The notes under the pieces were generated by a model. That model saw only the letters and a list, made by a program, of their open reading frames with translations, was not told the origin of the DNA and ran no database searches. From contig CAVPOC010000003.1 of the NCBI GenBank assembly GCA_963706955.1, positions 416,001-480,000 of the forward strand: a DNA stretch of 64,000 nucleotides, in the 5' to 3' direction. Numbering within the stretch: position 1 is the stretch's first letter; each line of letters opens with the position of its first letter. This DNA is from an uncultured Verrucomicrobiae bacterium. GTDB taxonomy: Bacteria > Verrucomicrobiota > Verrucomicrobiia > Chthoniobacterales > Terrimicrobiaceae. Positions 47,345-57,981 of this stretch are shown here, in pieces. A program made the position numbers and the translations under genes.

Positions 47345-48601
47345 ATGTCCGCCGAGCCATCCTCTAATCGCGAGCCTCCCGCGCATCCGGAAGAATTTTT
47401 TGATTTCCTGCTCGAGAAGATCCCTGACCAAGTCTACTTCAAGGACCGGCAAGGCCGCTTTCTGCGTGCCAGCAGGGCCGTCGCCGACTATCTCGACGTC
47501 GCGGATCCGAAGAAAATAATTGGCAAAAGCGACTTTGATTTCTGGTCGGAGGACACGGCCAAAGAAGCAGCCGAAGATGAGAAGAGGATCATGGAAACGG
47601 GGCAACCCATGGTCGGAAAGGTCGAGCGGCTCGTTCACCCTGATGGAAGGGTCACCTGGGATTACACCACGAAGATGCCGCTTCTCGACTCGCGCGGCAA
47701 TGTCATCGGCATTGTTGGAATCAACAAGGATTTCACCGCCATGAAGGAGATGCAGGATGCACTGGCGGAGGAACGCAATCGACTTAAGGCTACCACCGAA
47801 GAATTGGAAAAGAAGAACGCCGTTCTTCAGGCTGATCTTCAGCTGGCTCGCGAAATCCAGGAGGCCCTTCTCCCGCGAGACTATCCGACTTTTCCAGGTT
47901 TCGGCGTTTCCGGTCAGAACGCGCTCTCGTTCGCCCATTGTTATCTTCCCGCAGCCGCGGTCGGGGGCGATTTCTTTGACATTTTTCCGCTGTCAAAGAC
48001 CAGGGCCGGGATTTTGGTCTGCGATGTCATGGGGCACGGATTGCGCGCGGCATTGATCACGGCGATAATCCGGGCGCTGCTCGAGGAACTTCGGCCGATG
48101 ATGCATCAGGCGGGACGATTTCTTGAGGCGCTCAATCTGCGCTTACGCGCGGTCCTCGAGCGAGTCGAAGAGCCGTTTGTTGCCACCGCCTTCTACCTCA
48201 TCGCGGACACCGCTAATAAAGAAGTTTCCTATGCCAATGCCGGCCATCCGGGTCCGTGCCGGATCTGCCGGAAAGCTGGAACTGCCGAGGCTCTGAGCAC
48301 GACGCGCAACCAGAACGGACCTGCACTCGGGATCTTCGATTCGGCCTCGTTTCCCACTTCACGGGCACAGTTCGAGCAGGGCGATTGCATCGTCATCTAC
48401 ACCGATGGAATTTTTGAAGTCTTCTCTCCTGAGGGACGGGAGTTCGGCCGAGAGGCTTTGCTCTCCGCCTTCGCTCGCAACTCCAGACTACCGGCCAATG
48501 AGCTCTTTGAAGCTGTTCTCAAGGAAGCGCTTGCCTTCGCCTCGCGACCCGATTTTGATGACGACGTCTGCCTGGTCGCTGTCGAACGCGGGGACGACTA
48601 A
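47345..48601 (+). CDS. PAS domain + SpoIIE/PP2C phosphatase (RsbU-like)
   Basis: YFKDRQGRF PAS; GGDFFD, DVMGHG, NAGHP, YTDG and DDVC motifs; ATG at 47345. Confidence 0.92.
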   Translation: MSAEPSSNREPPAHPEEFFDFLLEKIPDQVYFKDRQGRFLRASRAVADYLDVADPKKIIGKSDFDFWSEDTAKEAAEDEKRIMETGQPMVGKVERLVHPDGRVTWDYTTKMPLLDSRGNVIGIVGINKDFTAMKEMQDALAEERNRLKATTEELEKKNAVLQADLQLAREIQEALLPRDYPTFPGFGVSGQNALSFAHCYLPAAAVGGDFFDIFPLSKTRAGILVCDVMGHGLRAALITAIIRALLEELRPMMHQAGRFLEALNLRLRAVLERVEEPFVATAFYLIADTANKEVSYANAGHPGPCRICRKAGTAEALSTTRNQNGPALGIFDSASFPTSRAQFEQGDCIVIYTDGIFEVFSPEGREFGREALLSAFARNSRLPANELFEAVLKEALAFASRPDFDDDVCLVAVERGDD

Positions 48602-48647
48602 GGCGTATTAGCTAATAACGTCGCCCGATGAGCAGCGCTAAAGATGC

Positions 48648-48790
48648 TGGGGAGCGCACGCGGCCCCGTCCGGCTAGCTGCCGGAGCGTCCCGCCGGAAA
48701 GCCCGGTTCGGCGAGCACAGTGAGCCGCGTTGCGGCAACGTGCCGCTCAGCGGACGCCGAAAACGACACGCGAGGACGCGTATGCTCCCC
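48648..48790. repeat. GGGAGC-type inverted repeat doublet (family 3)
   Basis: GGGGAGCGCACGCG ... CGCGTATGCTCCCC termini, between convergent genes. Confidence 0.7.
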
Positions 48791-48973
48791 GGAAACATCG
48801 AGCGCCGCACAGCTCGCTGTTGGCCCACCGCTGCTATTGAGGTGGCGCGGTTGGCGCGAGATTAAACCGCAAACTCGTTACGCCTTTCTAAGTAAGTTTC
48901 TCAGGGCACTTTGAAGCCCGCCACGATAAATTCGCGGCTACGGCTATAGGTTTCGTTCCGCCGCAGAACGGCG

Positions 48974-49984
48974 CTAAGGCTCTCTCGAAGAATCCTCCAG
49001 GAATCCAAGGAGGATCGGAAAGAGAACGTCGGGCGCCTCGATTTGAGGCACATGGCCTATGTTCTCGAGGATTTCCAGCCGGCATTCGGGGATTTGAGCG
49101 GCCGCCTTTTTCGCGAGCTCCGGATAGTTTCCCAAGGTCTCGCGAATTTCTGGAGAGACCCATTGCTTGCCGATGGCGGTGCGATCTAAAGATCCCACGA
49201 GAAGTAGCGTCGGCATCACCAGATTGGGGAATTCGTAACAGACCGGCTGCGTAAAAATCATGTCGTAGGTGAGGGCGGAATTCCACGCGACGGCCGGATA
49301 GTCGGGATTAGTCAACCAGCCTGTCGCCAAACGCACCCAGCGTTCGTATTCCGGTTTCCAATCACCATGATAGTAGCTCTCGATTTGGTACTGCTTTTGC
49401 TGATCTGCGGTTACCTTGAGCTCACCGGCATACCATTCGTCGATTGACCTGTAGGGGACGACCTCTTTCCAATCCTCGAGTCCGATTGGGTCGATGAGCG
49501 CGAGCTTCTCGACGCGCTCGGGAAACATGAGGGCGAAGCGCACGGCCAGCATGCCACCCATGGAGTGGCCAACAATACTCGCCGTCCGAATACCGAGATG
49601 ATCGAGCAACGCCCGTGTATTGAGCGCCAACTGCTGGAAACTGAACTGGTAGCGTCGAGGCTTGGAGGATTTTCCAAAGCCAATCTGGTCAGGAATGACC
49701 ACTCGATACCCTGCCGTCAGAAGCGATTTGGCAGTCGACTCCCAATAATACCCGTTGAAGTTCTTGCCATGCAGGAGGACAACGCTACGACCATTCGGTG
49801 CCTCAGGAGCAATGTCCATGTAGGCCATCTCCAAAGATTCGCGTTGCGATTCCAGGCGCAGGGAATTCACCGGAAACGGATAGCGGACCTGCTCGAGTCG
49901 GATTCCGAAGCGCTGGGGAATGTCTTCGTCCGCCATTGCGCAAGCGATTGAGACCGCGAAAACGAGAAGACCGCACCTCACCAC
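48974..49984 (-). CDS. Exported alpha/beta hydrolase
   Basis: HGKNF, PDQIGFGKS, GHSMGG and GHVPQIE motifs; signal-like N-terminus from GTG 49984 (start uncertain). Confidence 0.88.
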   Translation of the reverse strand: MVRCGLLVFAVSIACAMADEDIPQRFGIRLEQVRYPFPVNSLRLESQRESLEMAYMDIAPEAPNGRSVVLLHGKNFNGYYWESTAKSLLTAGYRVVIPDQIGFGKSSKPRRYQFSFQQLALNTRALLDHLGIRTASIVGHSMGGMLAVRFALMFPERVEKLALIDPIGLEDWKEVVPYRSIDEWYAGELKVTADQQKQYQIESYYHGDWKPEYERWVRLATGWLTNPDYPAVAWNSALTYDMIFTQPVCYEFPNLVMPTLLLVGSLDRTAIGKQWVSPEIRETLGNYPELAKKAAAQIPECRLEILENIGHVPQIEAPDVLFPILLGFLEDSSREP

Positions 49985-50072
49985 TGAAAAAAAGATCAGT
50001 CGTCGCTTCGCACGAGAAGCGTGCCCGAGCGCAGACCCAAACGATTTGTATTCAACTCCCCGACCCGCGCAG

Positions 50073-52838
50073 TCATGGAATTTGCGAGACGAGATTGAGA
50101 ATGGCCTGCTCGAGAGAGGAAATGTCAACCGGCTTGACAAGGTGCTTGCTGAATCCCGCTTCCCGGCTCCTCCGAATATCCTCCTCCATTCCATATCCAC
50201 TCATGGCGATGCCCTTGAGCGGATGCCGCTGGCGTATCTGCCGCATGAGCTCACAACCGGTGCCGTCGGGGAGACCGAGATCGCTCACCAGAACGTCAAA
50301 ATGCGCGTTGTCGGCAGCTTCGAGCGCCTCGGCCACAGTGCCGGCAGTTTCCACGGCAAATCCAGAGCCCTCGAGAAGACGCTTCAGCAACAAGGCTGTG
50401 TCGGCATGATCTTCCACGATGAGCAGGCGCAAGAGCTGCTCGGGGGGTCGCCGATTAGTCCGATCCACCACCAAATCGTTGGCTTGTGGTGAGGCGGCCG
50501 GCAATTCGATCGTCACGGTGCAACCTTCACCAACCCCAAGGCTTTCCACCCGAATCGAACCGCCGTGCAGTTCCATGAGTGCCTTGGAAATCGCGAGTCC
50601 CAAGCCGAGGCCGCCAAACTTCCTGGTCACCCCGACGTCGCCCTGTTCAAAAGCGTCAAAAATCTTCGGCAAGACCTCGGGGTCGATCCCGATGCCTGAA
50701 TCCCGGATCTGCACCTGCACGCGCCCGTCTTCCCGTCTCGTGCAAACATGAATCGTGCCGCCTTCCGGAGTGAATTTGGCGGCATTCTTCAAGACATTCC
50801 AAAGAACCTGCTGGAGCCGTGAGGTGTCGGCGTTCACTGATCCAATCGTGGTATCGAGATCGAAGGAGAGCTCGATCCCTTTTTCCTGAATTTGCGAGCG
50901 GCAGATATCGCACACCTGATTAACAGAAGTGTTCAGGTCGACTATTTCCATCTGCAGGGTCAACTTGCCGCTGGTAATGCGGCTCAGATCGAGCAAATCG
51001 TCGATCAACTTTGTTTCCAATTCCACGTTTCGCCGGATCATGGCCATTTCGCCTTGAATAACCTGTGTTAAGTCCGGATCGCGCTCGCGAACCGCTGCGG
51101 TCATGAGAACGGGAGTCAAAGGCGTGCGCAGTTCGTGACTTAGCACTGCCAGAAAGGTGTCCTTCGCCCGGCTGGCTGCCTCGGCGACCTCCTTCGCATG
51201 CTCCAGTTCTCGTTCCGTCTTCTTCCGCTCGGTGATATTTCGGGCGATTTTCGAAGCGCCAATAATTATTCCTTCCTTATCTTTCAAAGGAGAGATCGTC
51301 AGGGAGACATCGATCTGCGATCCGTTCTTACACTGGCGAACGGTCTCATAGTGGTCAACCTTTTCGCCCTGGCGAATTCGCTGGAGGATCTCGCGTTCTT
51401 CATCCTGTCGATCGGAGGGAATGAGCATCATGATCGGCTTCCCGACCGCTTCGTCTGTCCGGTAGCCAAAGATCCGCTCGGCGCCTTGATTCCAGCTCAT
51501 GATCGTGCCGTTCAGATCCTTGCTGATGATGGCATCCTCAGAAGATTCGACAATCGCGGCCAGACGTTGAACCGCCTCCTCCGCCTTTCTGCGGTCAGTA
51601 ATATCCTGGACCGTCCCGACAAAGCGCTTGGGGAACTGGCCCTCGAAAAACGCCCGCCCATTGGCACGGATCCAGCGTTGGTGCCCATCAACCAGTCCGA
51701 TGGTGCGATACTCGACATCCATGGCGCCGTCGCCCTGGGGGTCGAGCGCGCGCTGGACCGCTTCATTGGTCTGCTCGCGATCATCCGGGTGAAGTCTGGC
51801 GAGGAAAACCTCGTAGTTTACGGGAAACTCCGATGGAAGCCCGAAGAGTTCTTTGCATCGAGCATCCCAGATGAGATCGCCAGTAGCTGGAAAATAGTCC
51901 CACGTGCCGATGGCGGTCGCCTCTGTGGCAAGCTGAAGCCGTTGGGCGGCACTTTGCGCTGACTCGTCGGCCTGCTTTTGCGCGGTGATATCAAGGACCG
52001 AGCCAATATAGCCAAGGAACTCTCCCTTTGAGTCAAAGTGCGGAGTCGCGATCGAAAGCACCCGGCGGTACTCGCCACTGGTGTGCAGGAGCCGATACTC
52101 CAGGCGATATGGTTCGCGGCGGGCCCTCGCCGCGGCCGAAGGAACAAGGCCAGCCTCACGGTCCTCGGGATGGATGGCGCTCATCCATCCCTCTTGCTCA
52201 GTTTGGCCGGTAAATTCGTACCATGTCTGACTGAGAAAGGTGCAGTTGCCCTCGGCGTCCGCGACCCACATCATAGCGGGAGCGTGATCGGCCGCGTCGC
52301 GAAAGAGTGCCTCACGTCGCTGGGCCGCCCCCTGCATCTCACGCTGCTCCGTGACGTCGAGCTGAACATTCACCACGCCGAGACAATTGCCGATCGCGTC
52401 GAACAGCGGATCTGCGTGCTCGGCGACAAGGCGCCGCCTGCCATCAGGGCGCTCGATCGTCGATTCGACACCTTCAAGCGAACGGCGCTCACGCAGCGCA
52501 TTTGCCACCGCGGAGAGCGACGGCGGAAGCTCCTTTCCTTCCGGCGTGAGCAAGCGGAAGGCGCCGGTCCATTGTTCCTTTCCAAGCTCAGGGCGACGAC
52601 CCCAGAGCCGGGCGGCTTCTTCGTTGTAAAAGAGAAGGTAGCCATCCTCATTCAGCGCAAAGCATGGCACTGGCAGTTCACTCAAGATCTGGTGGAACAA
52701 CTTTTCATCTAGTGGAAAATCGTCCGCGTCGGGACCGATAACGTTGTCCAATTCGTCCGCGACCGCAGCTCGATAACTCGGCAAAAGTGGTTGGCCCTCG
52801 TCCCGATCTTGACCTCTGAGCTGAGTCTCTTTTTCCAC
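50073..52838 (-). CDS. Cytoplasmic hybrid sensor kinase (multiple PAS, HisKA, HATPase, REC)
   Basis: About four PAS repeats; SHELRTPL, NAAKFT, DSGIG, GGLGLGL; receiver VEDH...SDLGLPD...KP. Confidence 0.95.
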   Translation of the reverse strand: MEKETQLRGQDRDEGQPLLPSYRAAVADELDNVIGPDADDFPLDEKLFHQILSELPVPCFALNEDGYLLFYNEEAARLWGRRPELGKEQWTGAFRLLTPEGKELPPSLSAVANALRERRSLEGVESTIERPDGRRRLVAEHADPLFDAIGNCLGVVNVQLDVTEQREMQGAAQRREALFRDAADHAPAMMWVADAEGNCTFLSQTWYEFTGQTEQEGWMSAIHPEDREAGLVPSAAARARREPYRLEYRLLHTSGEYRRVLSIATPHFDSKGEFLGYIGSVLDITAQKQADESAQSAAQRLQLATEATAIGTWDYFPATGDLIWDARCKELFGLPSEFPVNYEVFLARLHPDDREQTNEAVQRALDPQGDGAMDVEYRTIGLVDGHQRWIRANGRAFFEGQFPKRFVGTVQDITDRRKAEEAVQRLAAIVESSEDAIISKDLNGTIMSWNQGAERIFGYRTDEAVGKPIMMLIPSDRQDEEREILQRIRQGEKVDHYETVRQCKNGSQIDVSLTISPLKDKEGIIIGASKIARNITERKKTERELEHAKEVAEAASRAKDTFLAVLSHELRTPLTPVLMTAAVRERDPDLTQVIQGEMAMIRRNVELETKLIDDLLDLSRITSGKLTLQMEIVDLNTSVNQVCDICRSQIQEKGIELSFDLDTTIGSVNADTSRLQQVLWNVLKNAAKFTPEGGTIHVCTRREDGRVQVQIRDSGIGIDPEVLPKIFDAFEQGDVGVTRKFGGLGLGLAISKALMELHGGSIRVESLGVGEGCTVTIELPAASPQANDLVVDRTNRRPPEQLLRLLIVEDHADTALLLKRLLEGSGFAVETAGTVAEALEAADNAHFDVLVSDLGLPDGTGCELMRQIRQRHPLKGIAMSGYGMEEDIRRSREAGFSKHLVKPVDISSLEQAILNLVSQIP

Positions 52839-53100
52839 TGGCGTAGGGGCAACGTTACGATGGCCCCGGAGAGTTCGTCAAATTAAGCATCTAAACAGAT
52901 CGAGGCTCAGCGGTTCGTGGATGTAGGGACGGCATTGCCTGCCGGGGCGTTCGGGACACGGTCCCGAGAAACCCCCTGCGCCCTCGGCACCTCGGACCCA
53001 GGCAGTCTAAGAGACTTTCTCACTGTAATTGCGTTACCGAGCAGCTCCGATTGACACCCCATGCGGGATAATCTACGTAGTCCGCATTCAAGGGCGCTCC

Positions 53101-54261
53101 ATGCAAGATCTTCGGTTGGGCATCATCGGACTCGGGAATATGGGGCAGTTCCACGCAAACGCAATTGCTGCTGGCAAGATCGCCCACTGCCGCCTCACGG
53201 CGGTCTGCGATCGGGACGAACGCCAACTGATCAAGCACTTACCGGCCCGAGGATTTGTGTCGAGTTCGGAGTTGATTGCTTCAGGCGAAGCCGATGCCGT
53301 TCTGATCGCCACACCACATTATTCCCACACGACGATTGGAATTGAGGCCCTCAATTCGGGACTTCATGTGCTTATCGAGAAACCTCTCTCTGTGCACAAA
53401 GCCGACTGCGAACGCCTCCTTGCCGCGCACCGCGGGAAGAAACAAGTGTTCGCGGCGATGTTCAATCAGCGCACCGATCCATACTATCTGAAGTTGCAGG
53501 AGATGATTCGCGCTGACGAACTCGGCACGATCCGCCGGATCAATTGGATCGTCACCCATTGGTTCCGCACCGCCGTCTACTATGCATCCAGCGGCTGGAG
53601 GGCGACCTGGGCCGGAGAGGGTGGTGGGGTCTTGCTCAATCAAAGCCCGCACCAGCTTGACATTTGGCAATGGCTTTTCGGCATGCCAAGCAAGGTCCGC
53701 GCATTTTGTCAATTTGGCCGCTACCATGACATCGAGGTCGAGGACGACGTTACCGCCTATTTCGAATACGAAAATGGCACTACAGGAGTCTTGATCACTT
53801 CAACCGGAGAAGCACCGGGGACCGACCGGCTCGAAATAGCCGCCGAGGAGGGACGAGTGATCATTCAGAATGATCGTTTCCACTGGACGCGCAACGAGGT
53901 GCCGATGTCGAAATTTAGCAAGGAATCTCCGGACGGCTTTGCCAAACCGAAAACCAGCGATGTAGAAGTTCCTATCGCCGGACATGGAGGGCAGCACCAC
54001 GAAGTGCTACAGAATTTTGTCGATGCAATTCTCTTTGGCAAACCCCTCATCGCTCCGGCCCAAGAAGGTATCCATTCGGTGGAGTTGGCCAACGCCATAC
54101 TCTTCTCATCCGCGACCGACACGACCGTTTCGCTGCCGCTCGATGCAAGGGCCTTCGAGTGGTGGTTATCGGACAAGATCAAGAACTCTTCTTTCCGCCA
54201 GATAGACGGTCACGGTTCTGATGCTAGTCTTGCCGATTTCAGCAAGTCATTTGGACGCTAG
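53101..54261 (+). CDS. Gfo/Idh/MocA oxidoreductase
   Basis: GIIGLGNMG, ATPHYSH, EKP and GGGVLLNQSPH motifs. Confidence 0.92.
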   Translation: MQDLRLGIIGLGNMGQFHANAIAAGKIAHCRLTAVCDRDERQLIKHLPARGFVSSSELIASGEADAVLIATPHYSHTTIGIEALNSGLHVLIEKPLSVHKADCERLLAAHRGKKQVFAAMFNQRTDPYYLKLQEMIRADELGTIRRINWIVTHWFRTAVYYASSGWRATWAGEGGGVLLNQSPHQLDIWQWLFGMPSKVRAFCQFGRYHDIEVEDDVTAYFEYENGTTGVLITSTGEAPGTDRLEIAAEEGRVIIQNDRFHWTRNEVPMSKFSKESPDGFAKPKTSDVEVPIAGHGGQHHEVLQNFVDAILFGKPLIAPAQEGIHSVELANAILFSSATDTTVSLPLDARAFEWWLSDKIKNSSFRQIDGHGSDASLADFSKSFGR

Positions 54262-54293
54262 CGCCCGTCCGGCGCGCCACCCGCCACCGCCTC

Positions 54294-55409
54294 ATGCTTC
54301 ACCTTGATGGAATGAACTACGCTCCGGAAGGCAAACCTTCCCCCGTGTGCGAGCCGGGCGATTTTCCGTTTGCCGCAGCGCACCTCGACCATGGGCATAT
54401 TTACGGGCAGTGCAATGGCCTTGTTGAAGCGGGCGGAACGTTGAGGTGGGTGTATGATCCCAACCCCTCACGAGTCAAAGAGTTCTGCGAACGATACCCG
54501 CAAGCAAAGGCGGCCGCAGACTTAGACCAAATTCTCGAGGACGCCTCGATCAAGCTCGTCACGGCGGCGGCGGTGCCAAGCGAACGAGGCCCACTCGGAT
54601 GCCACGTCATGGCCGCGGGAAAGGACTACTTCACCGACAAGACCCCCTTCACGACGTTCGACCAACTGGAGGAGGCCAGACAGGTTGTCGAACGCACGCG
54701 CCGAAAGTACATGGTCTACTACAGCGAACGATTGCATGTGGAATGCGCCGTCCTTGCGGGGCAGCTGGTCGAACAGGGCGCGATCGGTCGTGTTTTCCAG
54801 ACGATCGGATTTGGTCCGCATCGCTTGAATGCGGCCACGCGCCCGGCGTGGTTTTTTCAAAGAGAAAGCTATGGAGGGATTTTGTGCGATATCGGCAGCC
54901 ACCAATCCGAGCAGTTCCTGTTCTACACGGGGGCTGGCGACGCCGAGGTGAATTTCAGCGCCGTCGCCAATTTCAGCAATCCGCAATATCCCGAATTAGA
55001 GGACTTTGGAGAGGCCTCGCTGACAGCGGACAACAGCGCTTCCGGCTACTATCGCGTCGATTGGTCAACCCCGGATGGACTCCGGAGCTGGGGAGATGGT
55101 CGCACCTTCATATTCGGTTCAAAGGGAACCATCGAGCTCCGCAAATACATCGAGATCTCCGCCGAAAATCCTCAGGGCGATCAACTCTACCTGGTCGATG
55201 AAACTGGAGAGCATCACATCTCATGCGCCGGAAAAGTCGGCTATCCATTTTTCGGTCGACTCATCCTTGATTGTCTCCATCGAACCGAGACCGCAATGAC
55301 GCAGGAGCACACGTTCAAGGCCGCAGAGCTATGTCTCAAGGCGCAGGCGGTGGCGGTGCGTTTATCGGAATCCTCAAATGCACTTTACAACCGGGGAATC
55401 CGACAGTAG
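54294..55409 (+). CDS. Gfo/Idh/MocA oxidoreductase
   Basis: LDHGHIYG, DKTP, GGILCDIGSHQ and WGDGR motifs. Confidence 0.88.
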   Translation: MLHLDGMNYAPEGKPSPVCEPGDFPFAAAHLDHGHIYGQCNGLVEAGGTLRWVYDPNPSRVKEFCERYPQAKAAADLDQILEDASIKLVTAAAVPSERGPLGCHVMAAGKDYFTDKTPFTTFDQLEEARQVVERTRRKYMVYYSERLHVECAVLAGQLVEQGAIGRVFQTIGFGPHRLNAATRPAWFFQRESYGGILCDIGSHQSEQFLFYTGAGDAEVNFSAVANFSNPQYPELEDFGEASLTADNSASGYYRVDWSTPDGLRSWGDGRTFIFGSKGTIELRKYIEISAENPQGDQLYLVDETGEHHISCAGKVGYPFFGRLILDCLHRTETAMTQEHTFKAAELCLKAQAVAVRLSESSNALYNRGIRQ

Positions 55410-55445
55410 AGAGACTCGACCCCAAAACATCACCCCCCAAAAATC

Positions 55446-56780
55446 ATGAAAAAACTTCTTTGGACATCGTGTCTCACGGTGGCCTTTTCCTGGCTGGGCT
55501 TGAGCATCGCGCAGGCCTGGTCTCTCGAAGAGGCTGCGAAGGATTTTAAAGGAACAGAAATCAAAGTCACCTTCCTCGATCGACCCGGCTACCGAGCGGC
55601 CATCGAGATGCTCCCCGAATTCGAAAAACTTACCGGCATCAAAGTTTCCTACGAGCTTATTCCCTACGAAAACAGTCGAGAAAAACAAGTGCTCGACTTC
55701 TCTGCCCAAGGCGATCTGGCCATCGCTCTGGTGGACCTCGTCTGGATGGGCGAGTTCGCCGAATCGGGCTGGATCGTTCCCGTGGACGAGATCAAGAAGA
55801 AGTTTCCCAACCTGATCGATCCTGATCTCGATTTGGAGGACTTCTTCCCGCTTCTCCTAACTGCCTTTGGATCGTGGAACGGCGTGCTCTACGGGCTGCC
55901 TTTCGACAATTACTCCGGCTTGCTTTATTACAACAAGGATATGCTGAAGGCGGCGGGCTTCGATAAGCCGCCGGAAACCTGGGACGAGCTCATTAACGAC
56001 TATGCTCCCAAGCTGACCAAGGATGGCCAATACGCATTCGCCTTGCAATCGCGGCGAGGCGAAACGCAGTCATGCGACAGCTTTATGCGGTTTCTCTGGC
56101 CGTGGGGCGGTTCGCTGCTTGATCCTAAATTCAAGTCCAACCTGCTCGATGTGAGCTCCCAGACCGGGCTGCAGTTCCGGGAAAAGTTGATGAAGTACAT
56201 GCCGCCGGGCATTGTTGATTTCGACCACAGCGAGACGGTTAACGCGCTTGCTCAAGGCCAGGTGGCCATGATTTGCGAATGGTCCGCTTTCTACAAAACG
56301 CTCACCGAGCCGACCTCAAAGGTCAAAGACTCGCTCGGCATCGCTCCTGAGCCAAAAGGGCCGGCCGGTCGCAAGCCTGCTCTCGGCGGCTTCTCACTTG
56401 CTGTCACCAGCCAGGTCGATGAAAAGAAACAAGGCGCAGCCTGGCTCTTCATCCAATGGGTTACCTCTAAGGCCAAAGCCAAAGAGTATGTCGAAAAGGG
56501 CGGAGTTAGCGGGCGTCAGTCCACCTACAAGGACGAAGCGCTCGTAAAGAAATTCCCGTTCATTCCGCCGATGGTCGAGTCCTGGCAGCAGGGTGTGCCC
56601 GAATTTCGCCCGCGCTTTGCCGAATGGCCCCAGCTCTCGGACATCGTTGCGGAGTGGGGCACCAAAATGATGAGCGGCCAGACAACGGTGAAGGAGGGAT
56701 CCGAAAAGATCGGCACGTTGGTCGAAGGCGTGCTGAAGAAAGCCGGCTACTACGACGGGAAGAAAAAACTAGCACAATGA
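55446..56780 (+). CDS. Carbohydrate/polyol ABC (CUT1) substrate-binding protein
   Basis: Signal peptide; LYGLPF, LLYYNKD, PPETWDEL and AAWLFIQW motifs. Confidence 0.9.
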   Translation: MKKLLWTSCLTVAFSWLGLSIAQAWSLEEAAKDFKGTEIKVTFLDRPGYRAAIEMLPEFEKLTGIKVSYELIPYENSREKQVLDFSAQGDLAIALVDLVWMGEFAESGWIVPVDEIKKKFPNLIDPDLDLEDFFPLLLTAFGSWNGVLYGLPFDNYSGLLYYNKDMLKAAGFDKPPETWDELINDYAPKLTKDGQYAFALQSRRGETQSCDSFMRFLWPWGGSLLDPKFKSNLLDVSSQTGLQFREKLMKYMPPGIVDFDHSETVNALAQGQVAMICEWSAFYKTLTEPTSKVKDSLGIAPEPKGPAGRKPALGGFSLAVTSQVDEKKQGAAWLFIQWVTSKAKAKEYVEKGGVSGRQSTYKDEALVKKFPFIPPMVESWQQGVPEFRPRFAEWPQLSDIVAEWGTKMMSGQTTVKEGSEKIGTLVEGVLKKAGYYDGKKKLAQ

Positions 56781-56887
56781 GGCGCGCAAGCGCCTCTCGT
56801 CCGCTCCGGGTCGAGGTTGTCCTGTCCTAGATGACGGGCGGCCGCGCCGCGAGACCGACGGCATCGACTCTTGGCAGCTTGCGCCTT

Positions 56888-57042
56888 ATGGCCGACGACC
56901 AAGCACGAAAGCAGCTGTGGCTCATGGGCAGTCTCTATGAGCTTGCGATGCTGGTGCTTTTTGAGATCATCGTCTTAGAACTACTCCGGCGAACCGGAAG
57001 GTCGTTCGGGCTGCCAGGAATCGCCATACGAACCTGGAGTGA
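56888..57042 (+). pseudogene. Frameshifted 3' remnant of a SIS-domain sugar-phosphate isomerase (HxlB/PHI-like)
   Basis: MADDQ...LMGSLYELAMLVLFEIIVLELL in one frame; after a shift near 57008 it reads AARNRHTNLE*, the typical HxlB C-terminus. Confidence 0.7.
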
Positions 57043-57051
57043 CATGGCACG

Positions 57052-57975
57052 ATGAGAGCAGGAAAAGAAAAGAAGACCTATTCCTCTGGCGCCTGGTATT
57101 TCCTAGCTCCCGCGGTCATCGTCCTTTTCCTGGTCGGCATCATTCCACTGCTCTTTGCCGCCTGGAACTCGCTCCATGAGTTCATCCTTCCGAAGGTCAA
57201 GTCCCAGGGGAGCATCCTGGGAATTTGGCCGCTTTTTAACGCCCCGTTTATCTGGTTTGGAAACTACCTGGCACTCCTGACCGACCAATCCTTTCGCGAA
57301 GCGCTCCTGCGGACTTTGCTCTTCCTGGTGATCAACTTGCCGATTCAGTTATGTCTGGGAATGGCGATCGCCTTGCTGCTGCACAAACCCGGCAACGAGT
57401 TCCTCAAGAAGATCAACCGCGTCGCCCTCGTCATCCCACTGGCGACCACCTTTGCCGTGGTTGGACTGATGGGACGCCTGATGTTCAATCGCGATTTTGG
57501 CGTCCTCAATTATTTTTGGAGCATGATCTTTGGCGAGAAGGCGGACTGGCTCGCCGATCCCACCCTCGCCTTTGTCTCTATCTCGATCATGGAGAATTGG
57601 CAATGGACTCCCTTTTGCGCGCTCATCCTGTTCTCGAGCCTGACGATGGTCCCGCTCGAAATCGAAGAGGCCGCCCGTCTCGAGACAGAAAAATGGTGGC
57701 AGATCCTTTGGAGAGTGCAGCTTCCCTACATGTTGCCGGGAATCACGATCATCCTGATCCTGAGAACAGCAGATATTCTCAAGCTTTTCGATGTCGTCTA
57801 CACGATGACGCGTGGTGGTCCCGGTTCGGCGACGGAACTGGTTAGCGTTTACGTCCAACGCATCGGGTTCCGGGTCTTTGACCAAGGGATGGCCTCCGCG
57901 CAGGCGATTGTCCTGCTGGTCCTGGCGACGATTCTTTCGCGTCTTTACGTCAAATACGTCTACAAGGAAATCTGA
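57052..57975 (+). CDS. CUT1 ABC permease (MalF-like)
   Basis: WQWTPF, EEAARLE, FDVVYTMTRGGPG and GMASA motifs. Confidence 0.92.
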   Translation: MRAGKEKKTYSSGAWYFLAPAVIVLFLVGIIPLLFAAWNSLHEFILPKVKSQGSILGIWPLFNAPFIWFGNYLALLTDQSFREALLRTLLFLVINLPIQLCLGMAIALLLHKPGNEFLKKINRVALVIPLATTFAVVGLMGRLMFNRDFGVLNYFWSMIFGEKADWLADPTLAFVSISIMENWQWTPFCALILFSSLTMVPLEIEEAARLETEKWWQILWRVQLPYMLPGITIILILRTADILKLFDVVYTMTRGGPGSATELVSVYVQRIGFRVFDQGMASAQAIVLLVLATILSRLYVKYVYKEI

Positions 57976-57981
57976 GGCCTA

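Noticed and set aside
47345..52838. Complete partner-switching stress-sigma system
   Set aside because: PP2C and hybrid kinase are present, but no anti-sigma, STAS or sigma gene is in the window
53051..53080. TTGACA...GATAAT promoter upstream of the oxidoreductases
   Set aside because: Spacing is only 10 nt, incompatible with sigma70 geometry
56831..57055. 74-aa ORF as an intact small membrane protein
   Set aside because: Better explained as a frameshifted SIS/HxlB remnant
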